In this document: in pieces, positions 10,346 through 23,800 of the stretch
Layout: each line of letters starts with the position of its first letter
Position numbering within the stretch: position 1 is the stretch's first letter
From: the human T2T-CHM13v2.0 reference genome, Homo sapiens
Assembly (NCBI RefSeq): GCF_009914755.1
Contig: NC_060933.1
DNA: 64,000 nucleotides
Strand: one strand, 5' to 3'
The notes under the pieces: model-generated
What the model saw: the letters and a program-made list of their open reading frames with translations, nothing else
What the model was told of the DNA's origin: nothing
Databases searched by the model: none
Made by a program: the position numbers and the translations under genes

Positions 10346-11589
10346 TAAAAAGTATGTATATTCTTAAAAAGACAAAGAAAACTGGCTATAGCAGGTATTG
10401 CTGATGACTTGTCTTCTATGTCCTGGACTTAATGTGTTCACCTGAAATTCACCTGTTTCCAGCTAACTGAGAGCTCCCCATATCATGCCTGTCTTTCTGA
10501 TTTTTGGGCTTACCTGCAAGCTTCTTGAGGCTAACCAGTGCTTCTCAATCACACATAGGAACAAAGAAGGAGTTAGGGGTGGAGAGTTAATGACTCTAAG
10601 GCAATCCTTAAGCAATAAGAGATGGGGATTCCAGCATCCCCATCTCTTTGTAAAGTTATTTTGAGACAATCTCCATACCTCCATCATTACTGAGCACATA
10701 GCAGTAAGTACTCATTCACACTGGCTTCGTGTTCTGTTTCATTTTCTCCACTTCTGTGCTTTCTCACTCAATTTCTGATTAAAGTATTTGACCCCAGATA
10801 TTTGTTTCATAGTCTATTTTTGAGGGAATCCAGAGCCAAGACAATAACAATGGGAGCTTTGCAATGAGGGAGGGTGAGTATAATCATCAGAAGTTTACCT
10901 ACCTCACTGGAAACATGAAGGCCTGGAGAGCTTGCTGTTTCAATGAGAGAAACATGTTGAATCTCAGTTGAATACCTATATATATATGTGCAATAAGACG
11001 TGCCCTTTACTTATATCAAAGGAAAGTGCTCTTTACCTCTCTTTGTTGTTGTGTTTTTACCACTATTGCCTACATAAGCAGAATATCATACCCAGGATTT
11101 AAAGCCCTCTCTGCAGGATTTTCAAGCTCATGTTTTTATCATAAGTCACTCTGCTTCCATGTGTTTTAAATCTAATTCTCATTCATCTGCTTTTACACCA
11201 GAGAATTCATCAATGACTTATTTTTGACTGACCTCCTTATAGAGCTGTCAAGTACACAATTTCTGCTGTGACCTTTCTCTTAGAGTTCAGTCATATAGCC
11301 TCTCACTAGATATCATTTCCTCTTATCTTTCCTAATAATGAATTGTCAGTTAAAACTCAATATTTTTAAGATTGAGCTTACCATCTGCACACACACACAC
11401 ACCATTATTGGTGTATTCTCATAGTCTTGAAACACTAATGTCACGTTGATGTCTGCCTTTTCTTTCTCTGCTACCTCATTCCTCATCCTTAGATTATTCT
11501 AAAAGATTCAATTAGATCAAGTTGGCTAATTATATTTTTAAGATCCTCTCTACCCTTACCAACTTTTCGCTTAACAAAATTTAAAAATT

Positions 11590-11870
11590 TCTGGCGGGAG
11601 ACTGTTGAAATCCCCATGGATGACTGTGGTTTTACTATTTTACCTTTCAATTTTAATAGTTTTATATTATGTATTTTGAAGTAATGCTATTGTGTGCATA
11701 CATATTACTTATTTACATGAATTCTTGGTGTATTTTCTCCTTTGTCATTTTGAAATGTTATTCTTCATCCCCAGTGATATTTCCTATTCTGATGTCTACT
11801 TTGCTCATCACAGTTTTAGGGGCTTTTGGTTTGTTTGTTTTTCTAATTTTGGTTCAAGTAAGTTTCTTAT
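11590..11870 (-). mobile_element. Ancient L1M fragment (ORF2 endonuclease region), antisense, cut off by HSat2
   Basis: TGTTGAAATCCCCA...ATGTATTTTGAAGTAATGCTATTGTGTGCATACATATT...TGATGTCTACTTTG; the same L1 region as 8290-8600 but a different copy. Confidence 0.55.
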
Positions 11871-11877
11871 AAATCTG

Positions 11878-14800
11878 TTCAATTCCATTTGATGATTCCA
11901 TTTGATTCCATTCGAGGATTCCACTCAATTCCATGCAATGATGATTCCATTCGAGTCCATTCAATGATTCCATTCGAGTCCATTTGATAATTCCATTCGA
12001 TTCCATTCGATGATGATTCCATTAGAGTACATTCAATGATTCAATTTGATTCCATTTGATTCCATTCGATGATGATTCCATTAGAGTCCATTCGAGGATT
12101 CCATTCGATTCCATACGATGATGTTTCCATTCGAGTCCATTCAATGATTCCATTCGAGTCCATTTGATGATTCCATCTGATTCCATTTAATGATGACACA
12201 ATTCGAGTCCCTTTGTTGATTCCATTCGATTCCATTCTATGATGACTGCATTCGGTTCCATTCGATGATGATTCCAACGGATTCCATTCAATTTCTCCAT
12301 TAGATTCCATTCCTTGCTGATTCCATTCCATTCCATTCCATTAGATGATGACTCCACTAGATTCCATTCGATGATGATTTCATTAGACTCCATTCGATGA
12401 TGATCCAATTCGGTTCTATTCAATGATGATTCTATTCAATTCCATTCAATAATTTCATTCGATTCCATTCGAAGATTCCATTCTATTCCATTCGATGGTG
12501 ATTCCATTCGTGTCCAATCAATGATTCCATTCGATTCCATTCGATGATAATTCCATTTGAGTCCATTCAATGATTCCATTCGATTCCATGCGATGAAGAT
12601 TACATTGAGTCCATTCGATAATTCCATTTGATTCCATTAGATGACGACTGCATTCGGTTCCATTTGATGATGATTCTAACGGACTCCATTTGATGACTCC
12701 ATTTGATTCCATTCACTGATGATTCCATTCAATGATGATTCCATTCGATGACGATTCCATTTGATTCCATTCGATGATGATTCCATTCGATTCCATTCAA
12801 TGATGATTCCATTGGATTCCATTCGATGATTCCATTTGATTACATTCGATGATGATTCCTTTCGGGTCCATTCGATGATTCCATTCTATTCCATTCAATG
12901 ATTCCATCTGATTACTCCATTCAACTCCATTTGATGTTTTCTTTCGATTCCACTCAATGTTGATTCCATTTGAGTCCATTCGATGATTCCATTCATGTGC
13001 ATTCCATGATTTCATTCGATTCCATTCGATGATGATTCCATTTGATTCCATTTGATGATTACATTTGATTTCATTCGATGATGATTACATTGGATTCCAT
13101 TCGATGATTCCATTCGAGTCCATTCAATGATTCCATTCGAGTCCATTAAATGATTCCATTTGATTCCATTTGATGATGACTCCATTCAAGTCCGTTCAAT
13201 GATGATTCCATTTGATTCCATTCGATGATTCCATTGGATTCCATTCTTTGTTTTATTTTGATTCGTTTTGATAAAGATTCCATTCTGTTTCATTCAATGA
13301 TCCCATTTGATTCTATTCAATGATGTTTCCATTCGATTACATTTGAAGAAAATTCCATTCGATTCCATTGATGATGATTCCATTCAATTCTATTTGATGC
13401 CGATTCTATTCGATTCCATTTGATGATGATTCCATTCGATTCCATTCGATGATTAAATTCGATTCCATTTGATGATGATTCCATTCGAGACCGTTTGATG
13501 ATTCCATTCAATTCAATAATGATTCCACTCAGGTCCATTCGATGATTCCATTCAAGTCCATTTGATGATTCCATCTGATTCCATTCAATGAATCCATTCG
13601 ATTCCATTCTATGATGATTCCATTCATTTCCATCCGAAGATGATTCCATTCGATTCCATTCAATGATTCCATTCGAATCCATTCAATGATGAGTCCATCC
13701 ATTTCAATTTCATGATAATTCCATTCGTTTCAATTCGATGGTGTTTCCATTCTATTCCATTCGATGTTGATTCCATTAGTTTCCATTGGATGATGATTCC
13801 ATTCGAGTCCATTTGATGATGATCACATTCGATTTCATTCCATAATTCTATTTGATTCCATTTGATGATGATTCCATCTGATTCCATTCGATGATTCCAT
13901 TCGTTTCCATCCGAAGATGATTCCATTCGATTCCATTCAATGATTCCATTTGATTCCATTTGACGATGATTCCAATCAATTCCATTCAATGATTCCATTC
14001 GAATCCATTCGATGATGAGTCCATCCATTTCAATTTCATGATAATTCCATTCGTTTCAATTCGATGGTGTTTCCATTCTATTCCATTCGATGTTGATTCC
14101 ATTAGTTTCCATTGGATGATGATTCCATTCGAGTCCATTCGATGATGATCACATTCGATTTCCTTCCATAATTCTATTCGATTCCATTTGATGATGATTC
14201 CATCTGATTCCATTCGATGATTCCGTTCGATTCCATTCGATGATGATTCCATTCGTTTCCATCCAATGATGATTCCATTCGATTCCATTCGATGATGATT
14301 CCATTCGAGTCCATTTGATGATTCCATTCGATTCCATTCGACGATGATTGCATTCGAGTCCATGGATTATTCCATTCCATTCCATTTGATGATTCCATTC
14401 GAGTCCATTCAATGATTCTCTTTGATTCCATTCGATAATTCCATTTGATTCCGTTTGATGTTGATTCCATTTGAGTCCATTCGATGATAATTCCATTGGA
14501 TTCTATGTGATGATTCCATTCTATTCCATTTGAAGATGATTCCATTCGAGACCATTCGATGATTCCATTCAATTCATTCGATGACGATTCCATTCAATTC
14601 CATTTGATGATTTCATTAGATTCCATTTGATGATGATTCCATTCAATGATGATTCCATGCGATTCCATTTGATGATGACTCCTTTCGTTTCCATTCAATG
14701 ATGATTCCATTCGGTTCCATTCAATGATGATTCCTTTGGATTCCATTTGATGACGATTCCATTCAATTCCAATTGATGATGATTCTTTTCGATTCCAATC

Positions 14801-17800
14801 AATGATGATTCCATTCGATTCCATTTGATCATGATTCCATTCGATTCCACTCGATGATTCCATTTGATTCCATTCAATGATGATTCCATTCGAGTTCATT
14901 GATTATTCCATTCCATTCCATTCGATGATTCCATTCGAGTCCTTTCGATGATTCTATTCTATTCCATTCAATAATTCCATTCGATTCCATTTGATGATAA
15001 TTCAATTCGAGTCCATTCGATGATTATTCCATTCGATTCTATTTGGTGATTCCATTCGATTCCATTTGATAATGATTCCATTCGAGACCATTCGATGATT
15101 CCATTCAATTCATTCGATGATGATTCCATTCAATTCCATTCGATGATTGCATTCGATTCCATTCGATGATGATTCCATTTGGTTCCTTTCGATGATGATT
15201 CCTTTGGATTCCATTCAATGATGATTCCTTTTGACTCCATTTGATGTTGATTCTTTTCTATGCCATTCGATGGTGATTCCATTTGATGCCATCCAATGAT
15301 GATTCCATTCGATTCCATACGATGATGATTCCATTCGAGTCCATTCGATAATTCCATTCAATTCCATCTGATGATGATTCCATTCGATTCCATTCAATGA
15401 TTCCATTTGAATCCTTTTGATGATTATTCCATTCGAGTCCTTTCAGTGATTCCTTTTGATTCCAATTGAAGATGATACCATTCGTTTCCATTCAATGATA
15501 CCATTTGATACCATTAGTTGATGATTCCATCTGAGTGCATTCCATGATACCATTCGATCCCATTCAATGATGAATCCATTCGATTTCACTCAATGATTCC
15601 ATTCAATTCCATTCTATGATGATTCCATTCAAGTCCATTTGATGATTCCATTTGACTCCATTTGATGATGATTCCATTCAATGATTCCATTCGATTCTAT
15701 TCGATGATTATTCCATTCGATATCATTTGATGCTGATTCCATTCAATTCCATTTGATTATTCCGTTTGATTCCATTTGATGATTCCATTTGATTACATTT
15801 GAGGATGATTCCATTTGATTCCAATCAATGATGACTGCAATCAATTCCATTCAATGATTACATTTGATTCCATTCGATGAAGATTGCGATCGATTACGTT
15901 CGATGATTCCATTCAATTCCATTCGATGATTCCATTTGATAATGATTCCATTGGAGTCCATTCGATGATTCCATTCGAGCCGATTTGATAATTCCATTTG
16001 AGTCCAATCCATGATTCCATTCGAGTCCATTCAATCATTCCATTTGAGTCCATTCAATGATGATTCCATTCAAGTCCATTCGATCATTCTTTTTGAGTTC
16101 ATTCGATGATGATTCCATTCGAGTCCATTCGATGATTCCATTCGATTCCATTCAATGATGATTCCATTTGAGTCCATTCGATGATTCCATTTGATTTCAT
16201 TCAATGATGATTCCATTCAATTGCATTGAATGTTTCCATTCTATTCCATTTGATGAAGATTCCATTCGAGTCCACTTAATGATTCCATTCGGGTCCGTTT
16301 AATGATTCCATTGAGTTCAATACGATGATGATTACACTGGATTCCATTCTATGATTCCATTCGATTTCTTTCGTTGCTGATTCCATTCGATTCCATTTGA
16401 TGATGATTCCATTTGATTCCATTCGATGATGATTCCATTCAATTACATTGGACGATGAATCCATTCAATTCCATTCGATGATGATTCCATTTTATTCCAT
16501 TAGATGATGATTCCATTCAATTTCATTCAATGATTCCATTCGATCCCATTCGATGATGTTTCAATTCTATTCCATTGGATGATTCCATTCTATTCCATTC
16601 GATGATGATCCCATTCGATTCCATTCGATGATGATTCCATTCGATTCTGTTCGATGATGATTCCATTCGATTCCATTCGATGATGATTCCATTCGATTCC
16701 ATTCGATGATGATTCCATTCGATTCCATTCGATGATGATTCCATTCGATTCCATTCGATGATGATTCCATTCACTTGCATTTGATGATGATTTCAATTGA
16801 GTCCATTCGAAGATTCCATTAGATTCCATTCGATCATGACTCCATTCGAGTCCATTCGATGATTCCATTCCATTCCATTCCATGATGATTCCATTCGAGT
16901 CCATTCTCTGATTCCACTAGATTCCATTTGATGATGATTCCATTCAAGTCCATTTGATGATTCCATTCAATTCCATTCGATGATGATTCCATTCGAGTCC
17001 ATTCGATGATTCCATTTGAGTCCATTCGATGATGATTCCACTCGAGTCCATTAGATGATTCCATTCAAGTCCATTTGATTATTCCCTTAGATACCATTCA
17101 TTGATGATTCTATTCGATGCCATTCGATGATTCCATTTGGTTCCATTTGAGGATATTTCCATTTGAGTCCATTCAATGATTCCATTGGATTCCATTCAAT
17201 GATGATTCTATTCATGTCCATTCAATGATTCCATTTGATTCCATTCAATGATGATTCCACTCGAGTCCATTCGATGATTCCACTCTATTCCATTTGATGA
17301 TGATTCCATTCGAATCCATTTGATGATTCCATTCGATTCCATTCGATGATTCCTTTCGATCCCATTTGATGATTCCCTTTGATTCCATTCGATGATCACT
17401 CCATTCAATTCAGTGATCCCATTGGATTCCATTCGATGATGATTCCATTAGATTCCACTGCATGATGGTTCCATTCGGTTCCATGTGATGATGATTCCAT
17501 TAGATTCCATTCGATGATTCCATGCGATTCCATTTATTGATGATTCCATTCGATTCCATTCGATGATGATTCCATTCGATTCATTCGATTATGATTCCAT
17601 TCAATTCCATTTGATGATGATTCCATTTGATTTCATTCGATGATTCTATTTGATTCCATTTGATGATGATTCCATTCTATTCCATTTGATGATTCCATTC
17701 GATTCCATTCTATGATGATTCTATTTGACTCCATTTGATTATGATTCCATTTGATTCCATTTGATGACGATTCCATTCATGTCCATTCGGTGATTCCACT

Positions 17801-20800
17801 CAATTCTATTCGATGATGATTCCAAACGAGTCCGTTAGATGATTCTATTTGATTCCATTGGATGATGATTCCTTTCGATGCCATTCAATGATTCCCTTTG
17901 ATTTCATTTGATGATGATTCCATTCAATTCCATTCGATGATTCCATTTGATGATGATACCATTTGATGCCACTCAATGATTCCATTCGATTCCGTTCAAT
18001 GATTCCATTCAATTCCATTCGATGATGATTCCATTCAAGTCCATTCAATGCTTACATTCGATTCCATTTGATGATGATTCCATTTGATTCCATTCAATGG
18101 TGATTCCATTCGAGTCCATTCGATGATTCCATTCGATTCCTTTTGATGATGATTCCATTCGATGCCATTCAATGATTCTATTCGATTGCATTCAATGATG
18201 ATTCCATTTGAGTCCATTCAATGATTCCATTCAAGTCCATTTGATGTTTCCTTTCAATTCCACTCGATGATGGTTCCATTCGAGTTCATTCAATGATTCC
18301 ATTGGATTCAATTCGATGATGATTCCATTCGAGTCCATTCGTTGCTTCCATTTGATTTCATTCGATGATGATTCCATTCGACTGTATTTGATGATTCCAT
18401 TCTATTCCAGTCGATGATGATTCCATTTGAGTCCATTTGATGATTCCATTCGCGTCCATTTAATGATTCCATTGGGTTCAATTCAATGATGATTACATTG
18501 GATTCCATTCTATGATTCCATTCGATTCCATTCGTTGATGATTCCATTCGACTCCACTCGATGTTGATTCCATTCAATTTCATTCAATGCTTCTATTTGA
18601 TTCCATTCGATGATGATTCCATTCTATTCAATTCAATGATTCCATTAGATTCCACTCGATGATGATTACATTCGATTTCATTCAATGATTCTATTTGATT
18701 CCATTCGATGATGATCCCATTCTATTCAATTCTATGATTACATTTTATTCCATTCGATGATGATTCCATTCGATTCCATTCGATGATGATTCCATTCGAT
18801 TGCATTCGATGATGATTCCATTTGGGTCCATTCGAAGATTCCATTCGATTACATTCCGTGACGATTCCGTTCGAGTCCATTTGATGATTCCATTCGACTC
18901 CATTCGACGATGATTCCATTCGATGCTATTCTATGATTCCATTCTATTTCATTTGATGATGATTCCATTCAACTCTATTCGATGATTCCATTCCAGTTCA
19001 TTCGATTATTCCATTAGATTCCATTCGATGATGATTCCATTCAAATCCATTTGATGATTCCATTCGATTCCATTCGATGATGATACTATTCGAGTCCATT
19101 CGATGATGACTGCATTCGATTCCATTCGATGATTCCATCTTATTACATTCGATGAAGATTCCGATCGATTCCATTCGATGATTCCATTCAATTCATTTGA
19201 TTATTCCATTTTATTCCATTCGATAATGATTCCATTCGAGTCCATTCGATGATTCCATTCGAGCCCATTCGATAATTCCATTTGAATCCAATCCATGATT
19301 CCATTCGAGTCCATTCGATCATTCCATTTGAGTCCATTCAATGATGATTCCATTCGAATCCATTCGGTGATTCCATTCAAGTACATTCAATAATTCCATT
19401 TCAGTCCATTCAATGACGGCTTTTGATTCCATTCGACGATATTCCTTTTGAGTCCATTCAATGATTCCATTCTATTCTATTCGATGATGATTCCTTTCAT
19501 CTCCATTTGGTGATTCCATTCGATTTCATTCAATGATGATTCCTTCCGAGTCCATTAGATGATTCCTTTCGAGTACATTAAATGATTCCTTTCAATTCCA
19601 TTTGATGATGATTCCATTGGAGTCCATACAGTGATTCCATTCGATTCCATTCAATGATGATTCCATTCGATTCCATTCAATGATTCCATTTGATTCCATT
19701 TGATAATGATTTCATTCGAGTCCATTTGATGATTCCATTTGATTCCATTCAATGATAATTCCATTCGATTCCATTTGATAATTCCATTGGATTCCATTCA
19801 ATGATGATTTCATTTGAGTCCATTCGATGATTCCATTTGATTCCATTCGATGATGATTCCATTCGAGTCCATTTGATGATTCTATTCAAATCCATTTAAT
19901 GATTGCTTTTGATCATATTCGATGATGATTCCATTCGAGTCCATTCAATGATTCCATTCGATTCCATTCGATAATGATTCCATTCGAGTCCATTTGATGA
20001 TTCTATTTGATTCCATTCTCCGATGATTCCATTCGAGTCTATTCGATGATTCCACTCGATTCCATACAATGATGATTCCATTCGATTCCATTTGATGATT
20101 CCATTCGAGTCCATTCGATAATTCCATTTCAGTCCATTCGATGACGGCTTTTGATTCCATTCGACGATATTCCTTTTGAGGCCATTCAATGATTCCATTC
20201 AATTCTATTTGATGATGATTCCTTTCATCTCCATTTGGTGATTTCATTCAATTTCATTCAATGATGATTCCTTTCGAGTCCATTAGATGATTCCTTTCGA
20301 GTCCATTAGATGATTCCTTTCAATTCCATTTGATGGTGATTCCATTCGAGTCCATACAGTGATTCCATTCGATTCCATTCGATGATGATTCCATTTGATT
20401 CCATTCAATGATTCCATTCGATTCCATTCGATAATGATTTCATTCGAGTCCATTTGATGATTCCATTTGATTCCATTCAATGATAATTCCATTCGATTCC
20501 ATTTGATGATTCCATTGGATTCCATTCGATGATGATTTCATTCGAGTCCATTCGATGATTCCATTTGATTCCATTCGATGATGATTCCATTCGAGTCCAT
20601 TTGATGATTCCATTTGATTCCATTCGATGATGATTCCATTCGAGTCCATTCAATGATTCCATTCGATTCCATTCGATAATGATTTCATTCGAGTCCATTT
20701 GATGATTCCATTTGATTCCATTCAATAATAATTCCATTCGATTCCATTTGATGATTCCATTGGATTCCATTCGATGATGATTTCATTCGAGTCCATTCGA

Positions 20801-23800
20801 TGATTCCATTTGATTCCATTCGATGATGATTCCATTCGAGTCCATTTGATGATTCTATTCAAATCCATTTGATGATTGCTTTTGATTATATTCGATGATG
20901 ATTCCATTCGAGTCCATTCAATGATTCCATTCGATTCCATTCGATAATGATTCCATTCGAGTCCATTTGATGATTCTATTTGATTCCATTCTCCGATGAT
21001 TCCATTCGAGTCCATTCGATGATTCCACTCGATTCCATACAATGATGATTCCATTCGATTCCATTTGATGATTCCATTCGAGTCCATTCGATAATTCCAT
21101 TTCAGTCCATTCGATGACGGCTTTTGATTCTATTCGACGATATTCCTTTTGAGGCCATTCAATGATTCCATTCAATTCTATTTGATGATGATTCCTTTCG
21201 TCTCCATTTGGTGATTTCATTCAATTTCATTCAATGATGATTCCTTTCGAGTCCATTAGATGATTCCTTTCAATTCCATTTGATGTTGATTCCATTCGAG
21301 TCCATACAGTGATTCCATTCGATTCCATTCGATGATGATTCCATTTGATTCCATTCAATGATTCCATTCGATTCCATTCGATAATGATTTCATTCGAGTC
21401 CATTTGATGATTCCATTTGATTCCATTCAGTGATGATTCCATTCAATTCCATTTGATGATTCCATTGGATTCCATTCAATGATGATTCCATTCGAGTCCA
21501 TTCAATGATTCCATTTGATTCCATTTGATGATGATTCCATTCGAGTCCATTTGATGATTCTATTCAAATCCATTAGATGATTGCTTTTGATTATATTCAA
21601 TGATGATTCCATTCGAGTCCATTCAATGATTCCATTAGATTCCATTCGATGATGATTCCATTCGAGTCCATTTGATGATTCTATTTGATTCCATTCTCCG
21701 ATGATTCCATTCGATTCCATTCAATGATTCCACTTGACGATGATTCCATTCGATTCCATTATATGATTCCATTCGATGATGATTCCTTTCTATTCCATTT
21801 GATGATTCCATCTGATTCTATTCGAGGATTCCATTTGATTCGATGACTTCATTCAAGTTCATTCAATGATTACTTTCGAGTCCATTTGATGATTCCATAA
21901 GATTCCATTTTATGATGATTCCATTAGAGTCCATTCAATGACTCCATTCGAGTCCATTCAATAATTCCATTCGAGTCCATTCAATGATTCCATTCGATTC
22001 CATTTGATGATTCCATTCGAGTCCATTTGATCATTACATTCGAGTCCATTCAGTGAATCCATTGGATTTCTTTTGATGATGATCCCATTCTATTCCATTT
22101 CATGATGATCCCATTTGATTCCATTCGATTATGATTCCATTCATGTCCATTCGATGATTTCATTCGATTCCATTCAATGATGATTCCATTCGAGTCCATT
22201 TGATGATTCCATTCGAGTCCCTTAGTTGATTCCATCCAATTTCATTTGATGATGATTCCATTCGAGTCCATTCAATGATTCCATTTGATGATTCCATTGG
22301 AGTCCATCTGATTATTCCATTAGAGTTCAATCGATGATTCCATTTGATTCCTTTTGATGATAATTCCATTTGAGTCCATTCGATGATCATTCCCTTCAAT
22401 TCCATTCAATGATTCCATTCGATTCTATTCGATGATTCCCTTCGATTCCTTTCCATGATGATTCCATTCCATTCCATTCAATGATTCCATTTGATTCTAT
22501 TCCATGATGATTCCATTCGATTCCATTTGATGACGACTGCATTTGGTTCCATTTGATGATGATTCCAAAGGATTCCATTCGATTTCTCCATTTGATTCCA
22601 TTCGTTGATGATTCCATTCGATTCCATTACATGATGATTCCATTAGATTCCCCATTCGGTGATGATTCCATTTGATTCCATTCGATGACGATTCCATTTG
22701 ATTCCATTCAATGATGATTCCATTCGGTTCCATTTGATGATTATTCCATTTGAGTAAATTCAATTATTCCATTTGATACCATTTGATGATGATTCCATTC
22801 AAGTCTATTTGATGATTCCCTTCAATTCCATTCAATGATGATTCCATTCGGTTCCATTTGATGATTATTCCATTTGAGTAAATTCAATTATTCCATTTGA
22901 TACCATTCGATGATGATTCCATTCAAGTCCATTTGATGATTCCGTTCAATTCCATTCGATGATGATTCCATTCAAGTCCATTTGATGATTCCATTCTATT
23001 GTATTCGATGATTCCATTCTATTCCATTCGAAGATGATTCCATTTGAGTCCATTCGATGATTCCATGAGAGTCCATTTAATGATTCCGTTGGGTTCAATT
23101 AGAAGATGACTACACTGGATTCCATTCTATGATTCCATTCGATTACATTCGTTGATGATTCCTTTTGATTCCATTCGATGATTCCGAGTCCATTCGATGA
23201 TTCCATTTGAGTCCATTCGATGACACCATTCGATTCCATTTGATGATGATTCCATTCGAGTTCATTCGATGATTCCATTCGTTTCCATTTGATGATGATT
23301 CCATTCAAGTCCATTCGATGGTTACATTCAATTCCATTTGATGATGATTCCATTCAATTCCCTTCATTCATGATTCCATTGGATTCCTTTCAATGATGAT
23401 TCCATCCAATTTCATTCGATGATTCTGTTCGTTTCCATTCGATGATGATTCCATTCTATTCCAATCGATGTTTCCATTCGATGTCATTCGATGATGACTC
23501 CATTCTATTCCATTTGATGATGACTTCATTCAATGCCATTCGATGATTCCATTCATTGATGTTTCCATTTGATTCCATTCAATGATTCCATTCGTTTCCA
23601 TTCGATGATGTTTCCATCGATTCCATTCAATGCTTACATTCGATTTCGTTCGATGATGATTCCATTCGAGTCCATTCAATGGTTTCATTCGATTCCAGTC
23701 GATGATGATTCCATTCAATTCCATTCAATGATTCCTTTCACGTCCATTCCATGATTCCATTTGAGTCCATTCGATGACACCATTCGATTCCATTCGATGA

